From contig MTMF02000009.1 of NCBI GenBank assembly GCA_002011125.2, positions 256,001 to 320,000 of the forward strand: 64,000 nt of DNA, in the 5' to 3' direction. This document shows positions 39,021-48,988 of the stretch, piece by piece. A program made the position numbers and the translations under genes. Position 1 is the stretch's first letter. The number at the start of each line of letters is the position of its first letter. Source of the stretch: Candidatus Hydrothermarchaeum profundi (GTDB taxonomy: Archaea > Hydrothermarchaeota > Hydrothermarchaeia > Hydrothermarchaeales > Hydrothermarchaeaceae). The notes beneath the pieces are model-generated. The model searched no databases, was not told where the DNA came from, and saw only the letters and a program-made list of their open reading frames with translations.

Positions 39021-39656
39021 ATGAATTTACTCGCTCTCCTTGGGATACTAACAATCCTTATCTCTCTAGTCCTCTCTGGGCTGATGCTCTACCATTATTC
39101 TAAAAAAAGACATATTACTTCCTTGATCTGGACGGTTGCCTGGACGGTTGTTGCAGTTAGAGTCTCAATTGGAATATATCTCCCTCTCTCCATACCAACA
39201 GACATACTCCACAATGCGCTGAATGCTCTACATGATTTTTTATGGCTGATAGGCATTGCCATCATCCTTGAGCTAGAGCGCTTCAAGTCCATCGTTCTCC
39301 CAGCTATCTGCTATTCCCTTTATGTGCTGGCTAGCGGAGCGCTTTCAATCAAAGCAGGCTTCTTCTACTCTAACATGCTAATGCTAGGTGAGAGCACTGT
39401 AATGTTCTTCATCCTAGCATGGTTCTTTAAAAGATACCATGATAAATTCAAGCGAAAAGGCGCACGCCTTCTCTGGATCGGATACTTCACCTGGGGCTTA
39501 GACAACCTTATCTTAGGCCCACCCTACTATGCTCTAGGTCTTGAATGGGTGGGCGTATTCGGGTTCCTTATAGGATTTCTCTGCAGACTCCTGCTGTTTA
39601 TAGGCTTCTTTCAGCTCATGTTCCAACCAATAAAGCCGCACCGGGAGAGAGCTTGA
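39021..39656 (+). CDS. Multi-pass (~7 TM) membrane protein
   Basis: 211 aa hydrophobic ORF, 9 nt downstream of the ArsR-like gene on the same strand. Confidence 0.75.
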   Translation: MNLLALLGILTILISLVLSGLMLYHYSKKRHITSLIWTVAWTVVAVRVSIGIYLPLSIPTDILHNALNALHDFLWLIGIAIILELERFKSIVLPAICYSLYVLASGALSIKAGFFYSNMLMLGESTVMFFILAWFFKRYHDKFKRKGARLLWIGYFTWGLDNLILGPPYYALGLEWVGVFGFLIGFLCRLLLFIGFFQLMFQPIKPHRERA

Positions 39657-39819
39657 GATGGCGACAAATCAACTGTGACATACTCTGCTATGGAGAAAAC
39701 TTATTGGAACCCCATAGAGAACCATCAATAAAAAACTTAGACAACAACGTGAAGAATAACCTTGTCCAAAAAGCCTAATAATAGGAAGTCTGCAATAATA
39801 CCCTCAATCATTCGATGAA

Positions 39820-40230
39820 TCCTATAGCTCGCTTGACTTTCTCCACGTCCTCAGAGCAATTGAGCATCTTCAAGAGCCTTGAAAGCTACTGCAAGACCTG
39901 GGCTGGATTGGTACCGTGATTGTACGATCCGCGCCTTTAACCTTGATCTCAGCCTTAATATCGTGGTGGTTGTGTTGCCGACAACAAACAGCCTTCAACG
40001 TGCTCCTGAGGTAGCTACCGGCATGCCCCTGTTTTTCGCTCCAGCTCATGAGGTCCTGAATAGATTAGAAATCTCCTTATCGCTGAAGGAGAGGAGCTCC
40101 AAGGCTCTATCTTCCAGTTTACCGTAAATCCGCCAAACCTCCTAAGACTGCCTTGGACCCTAGGACCCCTAGTAAGGTTATCAGGCCACCACCTAACACT
40201 AGAATCATTGAAGAGGGAGGCATACTTCAC
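39820..40230 (-). pseudogene. Archaeal tyrosine integrase N-terminal remnant
   Basis: MKYASLFNDSSVRWWPDNLTRG...LRRFG, then in another frame EKQGHAGSYLRSTLKAV...HN...IKVKGA, with stops; adjacent to the tRNA att site. Confidence 0.65.
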
Positions 40231-40299
40231 AGGGGATGTAATATAATCATGTTATAACTGGATATAAATGTCTTATATAGTTTCGAACCGGAAATGATA

Positions 40300-40374
40300 C
40301 GGGCCCGACGGGATTTGAACCCGCGACTAGTTGGTTAAGAGCCAACCACTCTAGCCAGACTGAGTTACGGGCCC
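40300..40374 (-). tRNA. tRNA-Lys(CTT)
   Basis: GGGCCCGTAACTCAGTCTGGCTAGAGTG-GTTGG CTCTTAA CCAAC-TAGTCGCGGGTTCAAATCCCGTCGGGCCCG. Confidence 0.97.
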
Positions 40375-40473
40375 TCTCAATGATAAAGCCTTACATAATA
40401 AAAAATTTTTGCATAGAACTGAGTAGTTATAACCCTACTGCAGAAAATATTAGGCATTAATTAGACATCAATA

Positions 40474-40692
40474 TCAGCGGCGTGGTGGTACTTCTGGGAG
40501 TTCTATAATGGTGAACCTGTTTTCTTTTAGTTTGCACACTCGCCTTATCTCTTCATCTGACAGCTCTCTATTATGAGCCCGTTTCATATGCTCTTGAGCT
40601 ATCCTAAAGAATTCGTCATCACTCATGTCCTCTGCTTCAACTTTGAACTTGCATGGAATCCCCTCGATCTTACATTCTAGCTTTTTCCCCAT
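40474..40692 (-). CDS. DUF1059-like small metal-binding protein
   Basis: MGKKLEC...IPC.F..EAE......AQEHMKRAH; SD GGAGGTG before the ATG at 40692. Confidence 0.7.
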   Translation of the reverse strand: MGKKLECKIEGIPCKFKVEAEDMSDDEFFRIAQEHMKRAHNRELSDEEIRRVCKLKENRFTIIELPEVPPRR

Positions 40693-40755
40693 CGTAAACC
40701 CACCTCCTTTTATTAAATTATTCATAAAAATTATTTAAAACTATTGGACCATATT

Positions 40756-43161
40756 TTATGCCGCTTTTATCTCTGCTTTATCCTTTCTCGGACCAAGTTT
40801 TTCTAAGATATCCCTGAGTTCAATAATGGTTTTTTGGAACTTTGCCCCCTCACTCGCAGATATCCATGTCAGCTTAAATCTTTCCTGCTCGATTCCCTTG
40901 GCCTCCATTTTTTTCCTTATCATCTTTTCTCTTTTTGCCATGAATTGATTACCCGAAATATAGTGGCAGTCGCCCATATGACAGCCGGCAACTAATACCA
41001 TGCCAGCACCTTTCTCAAATGCGTAGTCTACAAATTTTTTGTCTACTCTGCCGGTGCACATCACTCTAACAACCCTTAAGTTCGGAGGATACTGCATCCT
41101 ACTCACACCTGCCGTATCCGCCCCACCATAAGAACACCAGTTGCACAATATGCCTAAGATTTTTTCTCCAGGTTTTTCTTCTAATGCTGCGTCTATCTGT
41201 GAATAGATCTGCTCATCAGTGAAGTGCTTCATTTCAATTGCATCCTTCGGGCAGTCTGCAGCGCAAGTTCCGCATCCCTTACACAACGCTTGGGTTATTT
41301 CAGCTCTTTTTACTGGCTTGCCGTCTTTCTCCCCTATTTCAACCAGCTTCCAAGCGCCATACGGACATCTTTTAACGCATATACCGCAACCTATGCATCT
41401 CTCAGGTATAGGATGAGCGATATCACCTCCCATAGTGATCTCGCCAGCTATCATCGGTATAGCTGCCGCAGCTGCTGCGCCTCTAGCCTGAGCCACCGAC
41501 ATAGGTATATCCTTTGGTCCCTGACATGCTCCTGTTATGAAAATTCCATCTGTTGGAGTATCTATTGGAGCTAGCTTAGGATGCTTTTCTAGGAAGAATC
41601 CCTCGGCTGACCTAGAGATATGGAGTATCTGGGAAAGTTTACCGGCATCTTTCTTAGGAACCATGCCGGTAGAAAGTACAACTAAGTCGAACTCTGTTTC
41701 ATCAACTGTACCGGCAAGCGTATTTTCCCCAATTAGTATTAGATTCTTTGTTTTAGGGTCTTCTCGTATTTCCGCCGGTTTACCTCTTATAAACTTTATT
41801 CCCGCTTTTCTAGCCCTAGTGTAGAGTTCTTCAAAGCCCTTGCCTATTGACCTTATATCTATATAATAAATTACCACATCCTGCTCTGGATGTTTTTCTT
41901 TAAGCATAGAAGCTAGCTTTAAGGTATACGTGCAACATACGCCTCCAGAGCAATAAGAGTCATCTCCTCTATCCCTAGTACCAATACATAGGATAAATGC
42001 GATCCTCTCTGGGTCTTTCCCGTCAGAAGGCCTTATAACATGCCCCATGGTAGGCCCGCTTGCATTCATAAGCCTTTCAAGCTCTAGTGCTGTTATGACA
42101 TTGGGATAATCTAAGTAGCCATAGTCGTTCTTTTCAGCCGGATCGTAGATATCGTATCCCGTGGAAACGATTACCATGCCTACGTCTAATACTTTCTCCT
42201 CTTCTGTATCGTCCCTTTTTATAGCGTTCTTTTCACACACAATCTCACAGAAACCGCAGTTAATGCAGTGCTCAATATCTATTGTCGCCTTGTTCGGTAC
42301 TGCCTGAGGGAATTGTCTGTATATGGCACCTCTAGGTCCTAAGCCTTCATCAAACTCGTTAGGAACCTTAACGGGGCAAACTTCAAAACATAGCCCACAG
42401 CCATTACACTCCTCACTAACGTATCTAGGTTTCTTTACCACAGTAACTTTGAAGTTTCCCACGTACCCATCCACTTTCTTCAGCTCATGATATGTAAGCA
42501 ACTCAATATTCGGGTGCTTCCCAACATCGCTCATCATTGGCCCTTCTATGCAGATAGAGCAGTCCAATGTCGGAAAGGTCTTATCTAACTGAGCCATAAC
42601 CCCCCCTATGCTAGGCTCTTTTTCAACAAGATAGACTTTAAATCCCATATCAGCCAGATCAAGAGCCGCCCTCATACCGGCAACGCCTCCTCCTAACACC
42701 AAGGCAGATCTAGTAACTGGTACCTTGAAGAGAGGGAGAGGCTCAAGTAATCTGGCCTTTGCTACTGCCATCCTAACTAGATCGATGGCTTTCTCAGTTG
42801 CCTTATCCGGCTCTCTGGTGTGTACCCATGAGCAGTGCTCCCTGATATTAGCCATTTCAAATTGATACCTGTTTAAACCCGCTTCTTCGACCGTTCTCCT
42901 AAAAGTAGGCTCGTGTAGTCTAGGAGAGCACGAAGCTACGACAACCCGGTTTAGGTTATATCTCTTTATTTTCTCTTTGATATCCTGCTGTCCGGTATCA
43001 GAACAAGTATACTTATTAGCTTGAGAATGAACGACGTTTGGGAAAGACTTGGCCACTTCAGCTACCTTATCGCAGTCTACTACCCCTCCAATATTTAATC
43101 CACATTTACAAACGAAGACTCCTATTCTGGGTTCTTCATTTGTCTTATTATTTTTAGCCAA
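40756..43161 (-). CDS. hdrA: Heterodisulfide reductase subunit A fused to MvhD
   Basis: IGVFVCKCG, NIREHCSWVH, GGGVAG, LDKTFPTLDCS.C, ferredoxin inserts, C-terminal CNWCSYGGAD...RVMCTGR. Confidence 0.95.
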   Translation of the reverse strand: MAKNNKTNEEPRIGVFVCKCGLNIGGVVDCDKVAEVAKSFPNVVHSQANKYTCSDTGQQDIKEKIKRYNLNRVVVASCSPRLHEPTFRRTVEEAGLNRYQFEMANIREHCSWVHTREPDKATEKAIDLVRMAVAKARLLEPLPLFKVPVTRSALVLGGGVAGMRAALDLADMGFKVYLVEKEPSIGGVMAQLDKTFPTLDCSICIEGPMMSDVGKHPNIELLTYHELKKVDGYVGNFKVTVVKKPRYVSEECNGCGLCFEVCPVKVPNEFDEGLGPRGAIYRQFPQAVPNKATIDIEHCINCGFCEIVCEKNAIKRDDTEEEKVLDVGMVIVSTGYDIYDPAEKNDYGYLDYPNVITALELERLMNASGPTMGHVIRPSDGKDPERIAFILCIGTRDRGDDSYCSGGVCCTYTLKLASMLKEKHPEQDVVIYYIDIRSIGKGFEELYTRARKAGIKFIRGKPAEIREDPKTKNLILIGENTLAGTVDETEFDLVVLSTGMVPKKDAGKLSQILHISRSAEGFFLEKHPKLAPIDTPTDGIFITGACQGPKDIPMSVAQARGAAAAAAIPMIAGEITMGGDIAHPIPERCIGCGICVKRCPYGAWKLVEIGEKDGKPVKRAEITQALCKGCGTCAADCPKDAIEMKHFTDEQIYSQIDAALEEKPGEKILGILCNWCSYGGADTAGVSRMQYPPNLRVVRVMCTGRVDKKFVDYAFEKGAGMVLVAGCHMGDCHYISGNQFMAKREKMIRKKMEAKGIEQERFKLTWISASEGAKFQKTIIELRDILEKLGPRKDKAEIKAA

Positions 43162-43165
43162 GCTA

Positions 43166-43573
43166 TTACCTCCTTACCGGATTAGGACCTAATTCTTTAA
43201 GAGTATTAGTAAACTCCTCTACCAATTTCGCAAATCTCCCACCCTCACTGGCCGAGACCCATTCCAAGCGAAAGCGCCTTGGATCTACTCCCACAGCCTC
43301 CAGAAGCTTTCTCGTCATTTCAACTTTTTTCTCTGTTTTAAGATTTCCTTCTCTATAATGACAGTCTCCCGGATGACATCCTAATACTAAAACGCCGTCT
43401 ATGCCTTTCTCAAAGGCCCTGAAGGCGAATTCTGGATCGAATCTGCCCGAACACATAGTACGGACTATCCTTACTGTGGGAGGATACTGCATCCTACTCA
43501 CCCCTGCTAAGTCAGCCCCTGCATATGAGCACCAGTTGCAGGCAAACACGACAGCTTTAGGCTCGAATGTCAC
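43166..43573 (-). CDS. mvhD: MvhD [2Fe-2S] subunit
   Basis: CNWCSYAGAD, MCSGR, GCHPGDCHY and WVSASEG. Confidence 0.95.
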   Translation of the reverse strand: MTFEPKAVVFACNWCSYAGADLAGVSRMQYPPTVRIVRTMCSGRFDPEFAFRAFEKGIDGVLVLGCHPGDCHYREGNLKTEKKVEMTRKLLEAVGVDPRRFRLEWVSASEGGRFAKLVEEFTNTLKELGPNPVRR

Positions 43574-46500
43574 GATGGAACCTCCATTAATTCATCAATC
43601 ATAGCAATTATCTGCGCCTTTTCAAAGTGCCGGGGATTAATAGCGCCATTTGGACAAACAGATGCGCAGGTTCCGCACCCCGCACACAATGCATCGTTTA
43701 CCAGAGCTTTCGATTCTCCCTTCGAATTCTTAATCAAGGATATAGCTGAGAAGGGGCATACTTCCGTGCATCTTCCACATCCTATACACAGGTCTTCATT
43801 AACGACCGCTGTTATAGCTTCTGTTTCTATCTCGCCCTTAGATAGAAGAGCACACGCTTTTGATGCTGCCCCAGAAGCCTGAGCGATTATAGAGGAAACC
43901 TCTTTAGGACTTTGACAGTTACCGCATAGGAATATTCCCTCTGAGCTGAACTCTAATGGTCTTAACTTCGCATGCGCCTCCATAAAGAACCCGTCTGGGC
44001 TACGGGGGACTTTTAAAGCTTTTTGAATTTCTTCTATCCCTTCAGGTGGAACTTGTGGAGTGCTCAACACTAGATAATCCACCTCTAACTCCAATTCCTT
44101 CTGTAAAAGAGCATCGTAGACCATGAGCTTAAGTTTATCTCCCGAGGTCTCCACTCTAGGAGGTCTTTCAGGGACGTATCTAACATATTGCACCCCATAC
44201 TCGGCCTGGGATTTACGATAATAGTCTTCATATTTCCCAAAGGTCATGATGTCCCGGAAAATGATAAATATCTTACCTTCAGGGTTTCTTTTCTTAAGAA
44301 TAATGGAATTCTTTACTGCCTCTATACAACACGTCCTTGAACATGATGGATGCCCTTCAACGCGTGCACCAACGCATTGAATCATAGCCAAGTTCTTGTA
44401 GCTCAGGCCTTCTTTGAGTTTTGCTTCAAGCTCCATTTGTGTCATAACCCTCGGATTCTCGCCGTATAGGAACATGCCCTTAGGCTTCATCTCTTCACTA
44501 CCTGTTGCGATGACTATTGCTCCTGCCTTAATCTTTCTTATATCTCCATTTTCCTTTACATCGATCTCGAAATTTCCAACATAGCCATTCAATCCTGCTA
44601 TAACGGAATTCAGATGCACTGTTATCATCCCGCTCTTCTCAACCTGCTCTACTAGAGAATCAACCAGTTCTTTGGCGTCTATGCCTTCCATGAATACTGT
44701 GCTCATCTCAGAAACCGAACCACCAAGCTTGGAGCTTTTTTCTACTAGGTCTACTCTGAAGCCTTGCTTGGCTATTTCTAGAGCAGCCGTCATACCCGCT
44801 ATCCCTCCGCCAATGACTAAGGCCGATGGGCCTACTTCTATCTTCTTGCTCGTTTGCGGCTTAAGCAATCTAGCTCTAGCAACTGCCATCCTAACTAGAT
44901 CTTTCGCCTTCTCTGTAGCTTTTTCAGGATCCTTCGCATGAACCCATGCATCGTGCTCTCTAATATTAGCCAACTCAAAGAGATATGGATTGAGCCCTGC
45001 TTCCTGGCATGTGCTCCTAAAAAGAGGCTCATGGGTTCTCGGCGTGCAGGATGCAACGATTACCCTGTTTAGGTCGTATTTTTTAATGTCTTTTTTAATT
45101 TGGGAGCGAGTATCATCGGAGCAGGTATATAACTTGTCAGTTGCATAAACAACGTTTGGCAGGCTCCTAGCATATTCCGCTACTGCCTTCACATCAACTA
45201 CCGCTGCAATATTAAGACCGCAGTGGCAGACATAAACCCCTATTCTCGGCTCGCCTGATACTTCTTTTTCTGGTACTTCCTGCTTTATGGATAACTGTGT
45301 ACCCCTAGACTCGACTAGGAGTCCTCCTACTTGGGCTGCTGCCCCACCCGCTTGTCCTACGGAGTCAGGAATATCCTTGGGTCCAACGCAGGCCCCAGTT
45401 ATAAAAATGCCTTTTCTTGATGTATTGAATGGGGCATGTTCGTAGGTCTTGAAATAGCCGTATTCGTCTGTTTCAATCTGGAGTATTTCGGACAGTTTTT
45501 CGGAACCTGAAGAAGGCTTCAAAGCTGATGCTAATACAACCATTTCGAACTCTTCTTGCTTGGCTTCCCCTGTGAAAGTGTCATCATAGTGAATAATGAG
45601 ATTCCCTGTCCTCAGGTCTTCTGTGATAGCTGATGGCCGGGACCTTATATATCTCACATTGTAAGTGTTTTTTGCTTTGTCAGCATACTCTTGGAATCCT
45701 TTTCCAAAAGCCCTTAAATCCATATAAAAGATTGAAATGTCCAGATCAGGCGAGTGCTCTTTAGCGATTATTGCTTCTTTAGTTGAAGCCATGCAACATA
45801 TCTGTGAGCAGTATGGGTAGTGCCTCACGTCTCTAGAACCTACGCACTGGATAAACGCGATTTTCTTGGGCTCTTTTCCATCAGAGGGTCTTATAACATG
45901 TCCTGCAGTAGGTCCAGAGGCGCTTAATAGCCTTTCAAACTGCAGATTTGTTATAACATTCTTATATACCCCATATCCATACTCTTCCAGTGCAGACGGG
46001 TTATAGAGATCATAGCCAGAAGACACTATTATTGATCCAACGTTTACCTTCACTATTTCATCTTTCATATCGTAATCGATAGCGTCTGCCTCGCAAACTA
46101 TCTTGCACATGCCACAGTTAATGCAGTGTTCTTTGTCAATAGTGTATATTAGCGGGGCAGCCTGAGGAAAAGGTATGTAAGCCGCTTTTCTAGAGCCAAG
46201 TCCCATATCAAACTCGTTAGGAATCACTGAAGGACATACCTCTGCACATAGACCGCAACCAGTGCACTTATCCTCCCTGATATACCTGGCCTTTCTTCTT
46301 ATAGTTACTTGGAAATTGCCCTCCTCACCATCTATTGCTTCAACCTCTGATAGAGTCATAACTTCTATGTCAGAGTGTCTGACAGTCTCCACCATTTTAG
46401 GAGCCAGCGTACACATAGCGCAGTCATTCGTTGGGAAGGTCTTATCCAGCTGCGCCATTCTGCCACCTATTGTCGGGCTCTTCTCCACTAAATAAACCTT

Positions 46501-46584
46501 AAACCCTGACTCTGCTAAGTCAAGGCTTGCCTGTATTCCAGATACGCCAGCTCCTATTACGAGTACTGACCCTATTTTATCCAT
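43570..46584 (-). CDS. hdrA: Large HdrA-like flavoprotein with two FAD modules (1004 aa)
   Basis: Two Rossmann motifs (GAGVSG, GGGIAG), LDKTFPTNDCAMC, internal HdrA N-domain CHCG and ferredoxin motifs. Confidence 0.92.
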   Translation of the reverse strand: MDKIGSVLVIGAGVSGIQASLDLAESGFKVYLVEKSPTIGGRMAQLDKTFPTNDCAMCTLAPKMVETVRHSDIEVMTLSEVEAIDGEEGNFQVTIRRKARYIREDKCTGCGLCAEVCPSVIPNEFDMGLGSRKAAYIPFPQAAPLIYTIDKEHCINCGMCKIVCEADAIDYDMKDEIVKVNVGSIIVSSGYDLYNPSALEEYGYGVYKNVITNLQFERLLSASGPTAGHVIRPSDGKEPKKIAFIQCVGSRDVRHYPYCSQICCMASTKEAIIAKEHSPDLDISIFYMDLRAFGKGFQEYADKAKNTYNVRYIRSRPSAITEDLRTGNLIIHYDDTFTGEAKQEEFEMVVLASALKPSSGSEKLSEILQIETDEYGYFKTYEHAPFNTSRKGIFITGACVGPKDIPDSVGQAGGAAAQVGGLLVESRGTQLSIKQEVPEKEVSGEPRIGVYVCHCGLNIAAVVDVKAVAEYARSLPNVVYATDKLYTCSDDTRSQIKKDIKKYDLNRVIVASCTPRTHEPLFRSTCQEAGLNPYLFELANIREHDAWVHAKDPEKATEKAKDLVRMAVARARLLKPQTSKKIEVGPSALVIGGGIAGMTAALEIAKQGFRVDLVEKSSKLGGSVSEMSTVFMEGIDAKELVDSLVEQVEKSGMITVHLNSVIAGLNGYVGNFEIDVKENGDIRKIKAGAIVIATGSEEMKPKGMFLYGENPRVMTQMELEAKLKEGLSYKNLAMIQCVGARVEGHPSCSRTCCIEAVKNSIILKKRNPEGKIFIIFRDIMTFGKYEDYYRKSQAEYGVQYVRYVPERPPRVETSGDKLKLMVYDALLQKELELEVDYLVLSTPQVPPEGIEEIQKALKVPRSPDGFFMEAHAKLRPLEFSSEGIFLCGNCQSPKEVSSIIAQASGAASKACALLSKGEIETEAITAVVNEDLCIGCGRCTEVCPFSAISLIKNSKGESKALVNDALCAGCGTCASVCPNGAINPRHFEKAQIIAMIDELMEVPS

Positions 46585-47730
46585 TTACTTATACTCCGGG
46601 ACATATTTTCCTTCTTTATTCCTACTTTCAGCTGTAGCTTCTCTTTTCTTCTTTTTTAGTGAAACATTCTTCTTAATCTGAGAAACATCTACCTCATCCT
46701 TGGTCTCGATATACCCGAGCTCCAAGGCTTTTTCTACTAGTTTCATTCCTTTTTCGCTTCTAACAATCACGGTAGACCAACCTGTCTCTGTACCAATACT
46801 GCCCGCTGTTAAATCCGAAAACTCGGCAGTAAAATCAATACATAGATTACAAGACTCAGGTACACATTCGTTAAATTTCTTCACCGATACAGAGAGCTCC
46901 TCTCCGTCTTTTTTGGTTATAATAAATTTACCCTTAGTTATATCTGTCTTAACTATGTCTTCCAAGTTGACTCCAAACTCTCTTTCAAGAGCTTTACTTA
47001 TACAGGGGTAAGGGAAGTTTTCAAAACAGAAAAGTCCAATCAAAGTTAGGTCTAAAGGCCTCTCAGACTCTTTAGTTTTCTCTACCACATCTTTTAATAT
47101 AGAATGCATTGCACGTCTAGCTCCAGCTATCTGACACCCAGTTCCAACCAATGCGAGGTTACGGATTTCCCTTATCATCTTACCGAATTTCATTGCTGTA
47201 GGAGTCCGGGTATACTTGGTTCCTGAGGCGCTCATCAGCTCTTCTGGGGTTCTAGCAATTTGTGCCTCAGTCTTCCAGTTGTCCATCCTATTGGCAACGA
47301 TTGCACCTCCAATTAGGCCGGATTTCAAAGCCGCTGCTAAGATAGCAGTGACAGCGCCTCCATCCTGCGCTCTTTCAAGGATTTCCTTCTTTTTGGACCT
47401 AACGGCTAGGAGCTTCTGGTAAAAACCGAGGTCTTCATCCTCTCTTACGCTACCGAAGGTATCCTGTTCTAAATCTTGTTTACTATAGGATACCATCGGA
47501 CAGCAATCATAGCATGTTCCTTCGGTAGAGCATTTCACGGCTCCTATCTCCAAATTACAATCCTTTTCAAGCTCTGGAATGCCGTCTTCGTTAATTATTA
47601 TCCGCTCGCAAAAAGCAGCACAGTTGCTACAACCAGAGCATATACCCTGGTCTATTACGGTTTTTTTCAACTCACTGAAACCCTTACTGGGCTTCATGAG
47701 AGGTATGAAGTTTTCAATCTCAACTTCCAT
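46585..47730 (-). CDS. Coenzyme F420 hydrogenase/dehydrogenase beta subunit (FrhB/FdhB family)
   Basis: AQDGGAVT, GTKY, VGTGCQ, IGLFCFENF and C..C.DFTAE.SD..AGS.G. Confidence 0.88.
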   Translation of the reverse strand: MEVEIENFIPLMKPSKGFSELKKTVIDQGICSGCSNCAAFCERIIINEDGIPELEKDCNLEIGAVKCSTEGTCYDCCPMVSYSKQDLEQDTFGSVREDEDLGFYQKLLAVRSKKKEILERAQDGGAVTAILAAALKSGLIGGAIVANRMDNWKTEAQIARTPEELMSASGTKYTRTPTAMKFGKMIREIRNLALVGTGCQIAGARRAMHSILKDVVEKTKESERPLDLTLIGLFCFENFPYPCISKALEREFGVNLEDIVKTDITKGKFIITKKDGEELSVSVKKFNECVPESCNLCIDFTAEFSDLTAGSIGTETGWSTVIVRSEKGMKLVEKALELGYIETKDEVDVSQIKKNVSLKKKKREATAESRNKEGKYVPEYK

Positions 47731-47734
47731 TTTA

Positions 47735-48853
47735 TCACCTCGATAGGGCCTTTACAAGAGCCGTAGTGAAGTCCATTATCTCTATATTATAGTCTGGCTC
47801 AGATTTATCTCTTTGCAGGCATTTTAGGTGAATTTGGCACTTTGCACACGGTGTGATCATTATTTCTGCCCCAGTCTCCAAGGCGTCTTTCATCTTTTTT
47901 CTGCGGATCTCTTTGTTCTCATCGTCACAGTTCACCCATTGGGGTACGCCGCAGCATAGGGCATTTTCCCGGTTATTCTGCATTTCTACTATCTCATAGC
48001 CCATTTTGGATAAGAGCTCTCTAGGCTGGTCGTAGACTTCCATGAATCTGCCTAGCCTGCAGGAGTCATGGAAAGTAACTTTGGCTTTCTTGCCGTTTGG
48101 CTTTAACTTGTCAACATATTCAACAAGATATTCCGAGATATGTTTGACATTTAACTCCGCGCCAAATTTTTCATTATAGTCAACTGCCAAGGTACGATAG
48201 CACTCAGGACAGCTAGTCACTATAGTCTTGTAATTTTGGAGATACTCTAAATTTTGCTCTGCAACCTTATTGAAGAAGTTTAACTGCCCCCTCCATAGCT
48301 GGTCATGGCCACAACATTTTTCTTTCTCAGATACTGCGGGTCTAATTCCCGCAGCGTTAAGAAGTCTTATCGTATTATCAGCTATCCCCATTCCCTCGAA
48401 ATTGACATCTTCTTTAAATATGATGTCAAAGTAAGGTATGCATCCCATAAAATACAAAACATCACTATTATCATCTATCTCAACGTCTTTTGCTAGGAAC
48501 TTTTTCCTCTTTGGATTGACCTTATCGCTGGCCATAATATTATAAAAAGCAAATGTATTCGAATGGGCGACATTGCAAAATCCATCCAACCCAGTTTGCC
48601 TAGCGGACTTTACTAGTTCCACGATGCCCACATTCATAGGGCATTTTTCCTCGCAGAGACCGCAGGTCAAGCAGTCCCAGCTACTCCCACTATTTATCAC
48701 TCTCTCGGGATGCCCTATTAGAGTATTAAACACCATTCTCCTAGGTAGAAAACCCGGTTTAACTCTGGCTTTAGGACATATTCCTGAACAAATAGCGCAC
48801 TGATAACACCTACTGATATACTCCCCTACCAAAATAGAAGCTTTGCTTTCCAC
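47735..48853 (-). CDS. HdrD/GlpC-like Fe-S oxidoreductase (2x[4Fe-4S] plus two CCG domains)
   Basis: CYQCAICSGICP, CLTCGLCEEKCP, KCCG...CPEC and HDSC...CCG...CAKC. Confidence 0.88.
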   Translation of the reverse strand: MESKASILVGEYISRCYQCAICSGICPKARVKPGFLPRRMVFNTLIGHPERVINSGSSWDCLTCGLCEEKCPMNVGIVELVKSARQTGLDGFCNVAHSNTFAFYNIMASDKVNPKRKKFLAKDVEIDDNSDVLYFMGCIPYFDIIFKEDVNFEGMGIADNTIRLLNAAGIRPAVSEKEKCCGHDQLWRGQLNFFNKVAEQNLEYLQNYKTIVTSCPECYRTLAVDYNEKFGAELNVKHISEYLVEYVDKLKPNGKKAKVTFHDSCRLGRFMEVYDQPRELLSKMGYEIVEMQNNRENALCCGVPQWVNCDDENKEIRRKKMKDALETGAEIMITPCAKCQIHLKCLQRDKSEPDYNIEIMDFTTALVKALSR

Positions 48854-48988
48854 TGTACCAGACCCAAAAAGAACCTTTATAAATCACATTTAAAAGTATA
48901 GTTATAAATTCCGTCGGTAATGTACAAATCTTTTTTGGATATGAAGATTTATATAATGGTTAATCATTACAAATTTGGTGGATGAGCT

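Larger units (their letters stand above)
31042..40311. mobile_element. Decayed genomic island integrated at the tRNA-Lys 3' end
   Basis: TACGGGCCCGACGG is duplicated at 31042-31055 and 40298-40311. An integrase remnant sits next to the tRNA and several cargo genes are broken. Confidence 0.8.
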
